Assembly (NCBI RefSeq): GCF_023223505.1
Contig: NZ_JALPRY010000001.1
Coordinates: 394,894-418,893, forward strand
DNA from: Neorhizobium turbinariae
Lineage (GTDB): Bacteria; Pseudomonadota; Alphaproteobacteria; Rhizobiales; Rhizobiaceae
DNA length: 24,000 nt
Direction: 5' to 3'
Within the stretch, counting starts at the first letter, position 1. The number at the start of each line of letters is the position of its first letter. This document shows, piece after piece, positions 23,798-24,000 of the stretch. The notes under the pieces are model-generated. The model searched no databases, was not told the origin of the DNA, and was given only the letters and a program-made list of their open reading frames with translations. The position numbers and the translations under genes are program-made.

Positions 23798-24000
23798 TCA
23801 CTGCACCTGTAACATTTCATTCCAAAACCGCGCGTCATGCGCGACCGTTCGCCTTCCTTCAGCGAAAAGCGTGCCATGGCAGGCCCGCCATGGTTAAGGA
23901 TTCGTTGCGGCAATGCGTCGTGGTCAACAGCCTTGCTGCGCCTTTCCTTTGGCCGGGCGCTTCTGTATGGCTCGAAGGGAACATGCATGGTGAGGTTACG

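Noticed and set aside
23755-23988. 77-aa minus-strand ORF at the window edge
   Set aside because: It overlaps the start of the PAS-family gene, has no SD or motif, and has an unconvincing composition.
1-24000. CRISPR arrays, tandem repeats, IS elements, and defence or toxin-antitoxin modules
   Set aside because: Reading both strands, I saw no periodic direct repeats, terminal inverted repeats, transposase or integrase motifs, or defence-associated domains. The window looks like syntenic housekeeping chromosome.

Overview
High-GC (about 60%) segment that reads as conserved core chromosome of an alphaproteobacterium, probably Rhizobiales or Rhizobiaceae-like (inferred from gene content and family recognition only; no searches were run). 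I support about 32 protein-coding genes and one tRNA-Leu(GAG). In window order: crcB 3' end, an RluA-family pseudouridine synthase, a HAD hydrolase, an ATP12 chaperone, a 4-gene glutathione-dependent formaldehyde detoxification operon (adhC, elaA-like GNAT, yaiI-like, fghA), a second GNAT, a DMT transporter, lipB-osmC, a BON protein, a peptide-deformylase-like gene, mgtE, a MerR regulator, DUF1624-like and DUF599-like membrane proteins, sdaA, a DUF1489-like gene, a SPOR-fused DD-carboxypeptidase, and a cluster of PAS(PF07310-like), PilZ, BTLCP cysteine peptidase and an unknown membrane protein. I found no integrase, transposase, CRISPR array, phage gene or recognisable defence or toxin-antitoxin module, so I do not claim a clear novel system. 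The items most worth a second look are: (1) the BTLCP, tandem-PilZ and PAS cluster, which lacks LapD or LapA partners in this window; (2) a deformylase paralogue missing two of its three metal ligands; (3) two uncharacterised genes translationally coupled inside the formaldehyde operon; (4) a good GGAAC-N16-GGTT (EcfG-type) promoter match in front of a secreted disordered protein; (5) a G-tract-rich hairpin element; (6) a few unannotated small ORFs. All family calls rest on motifs read from the translations and on memory of those families, and need HMM or BLAST confirmation.
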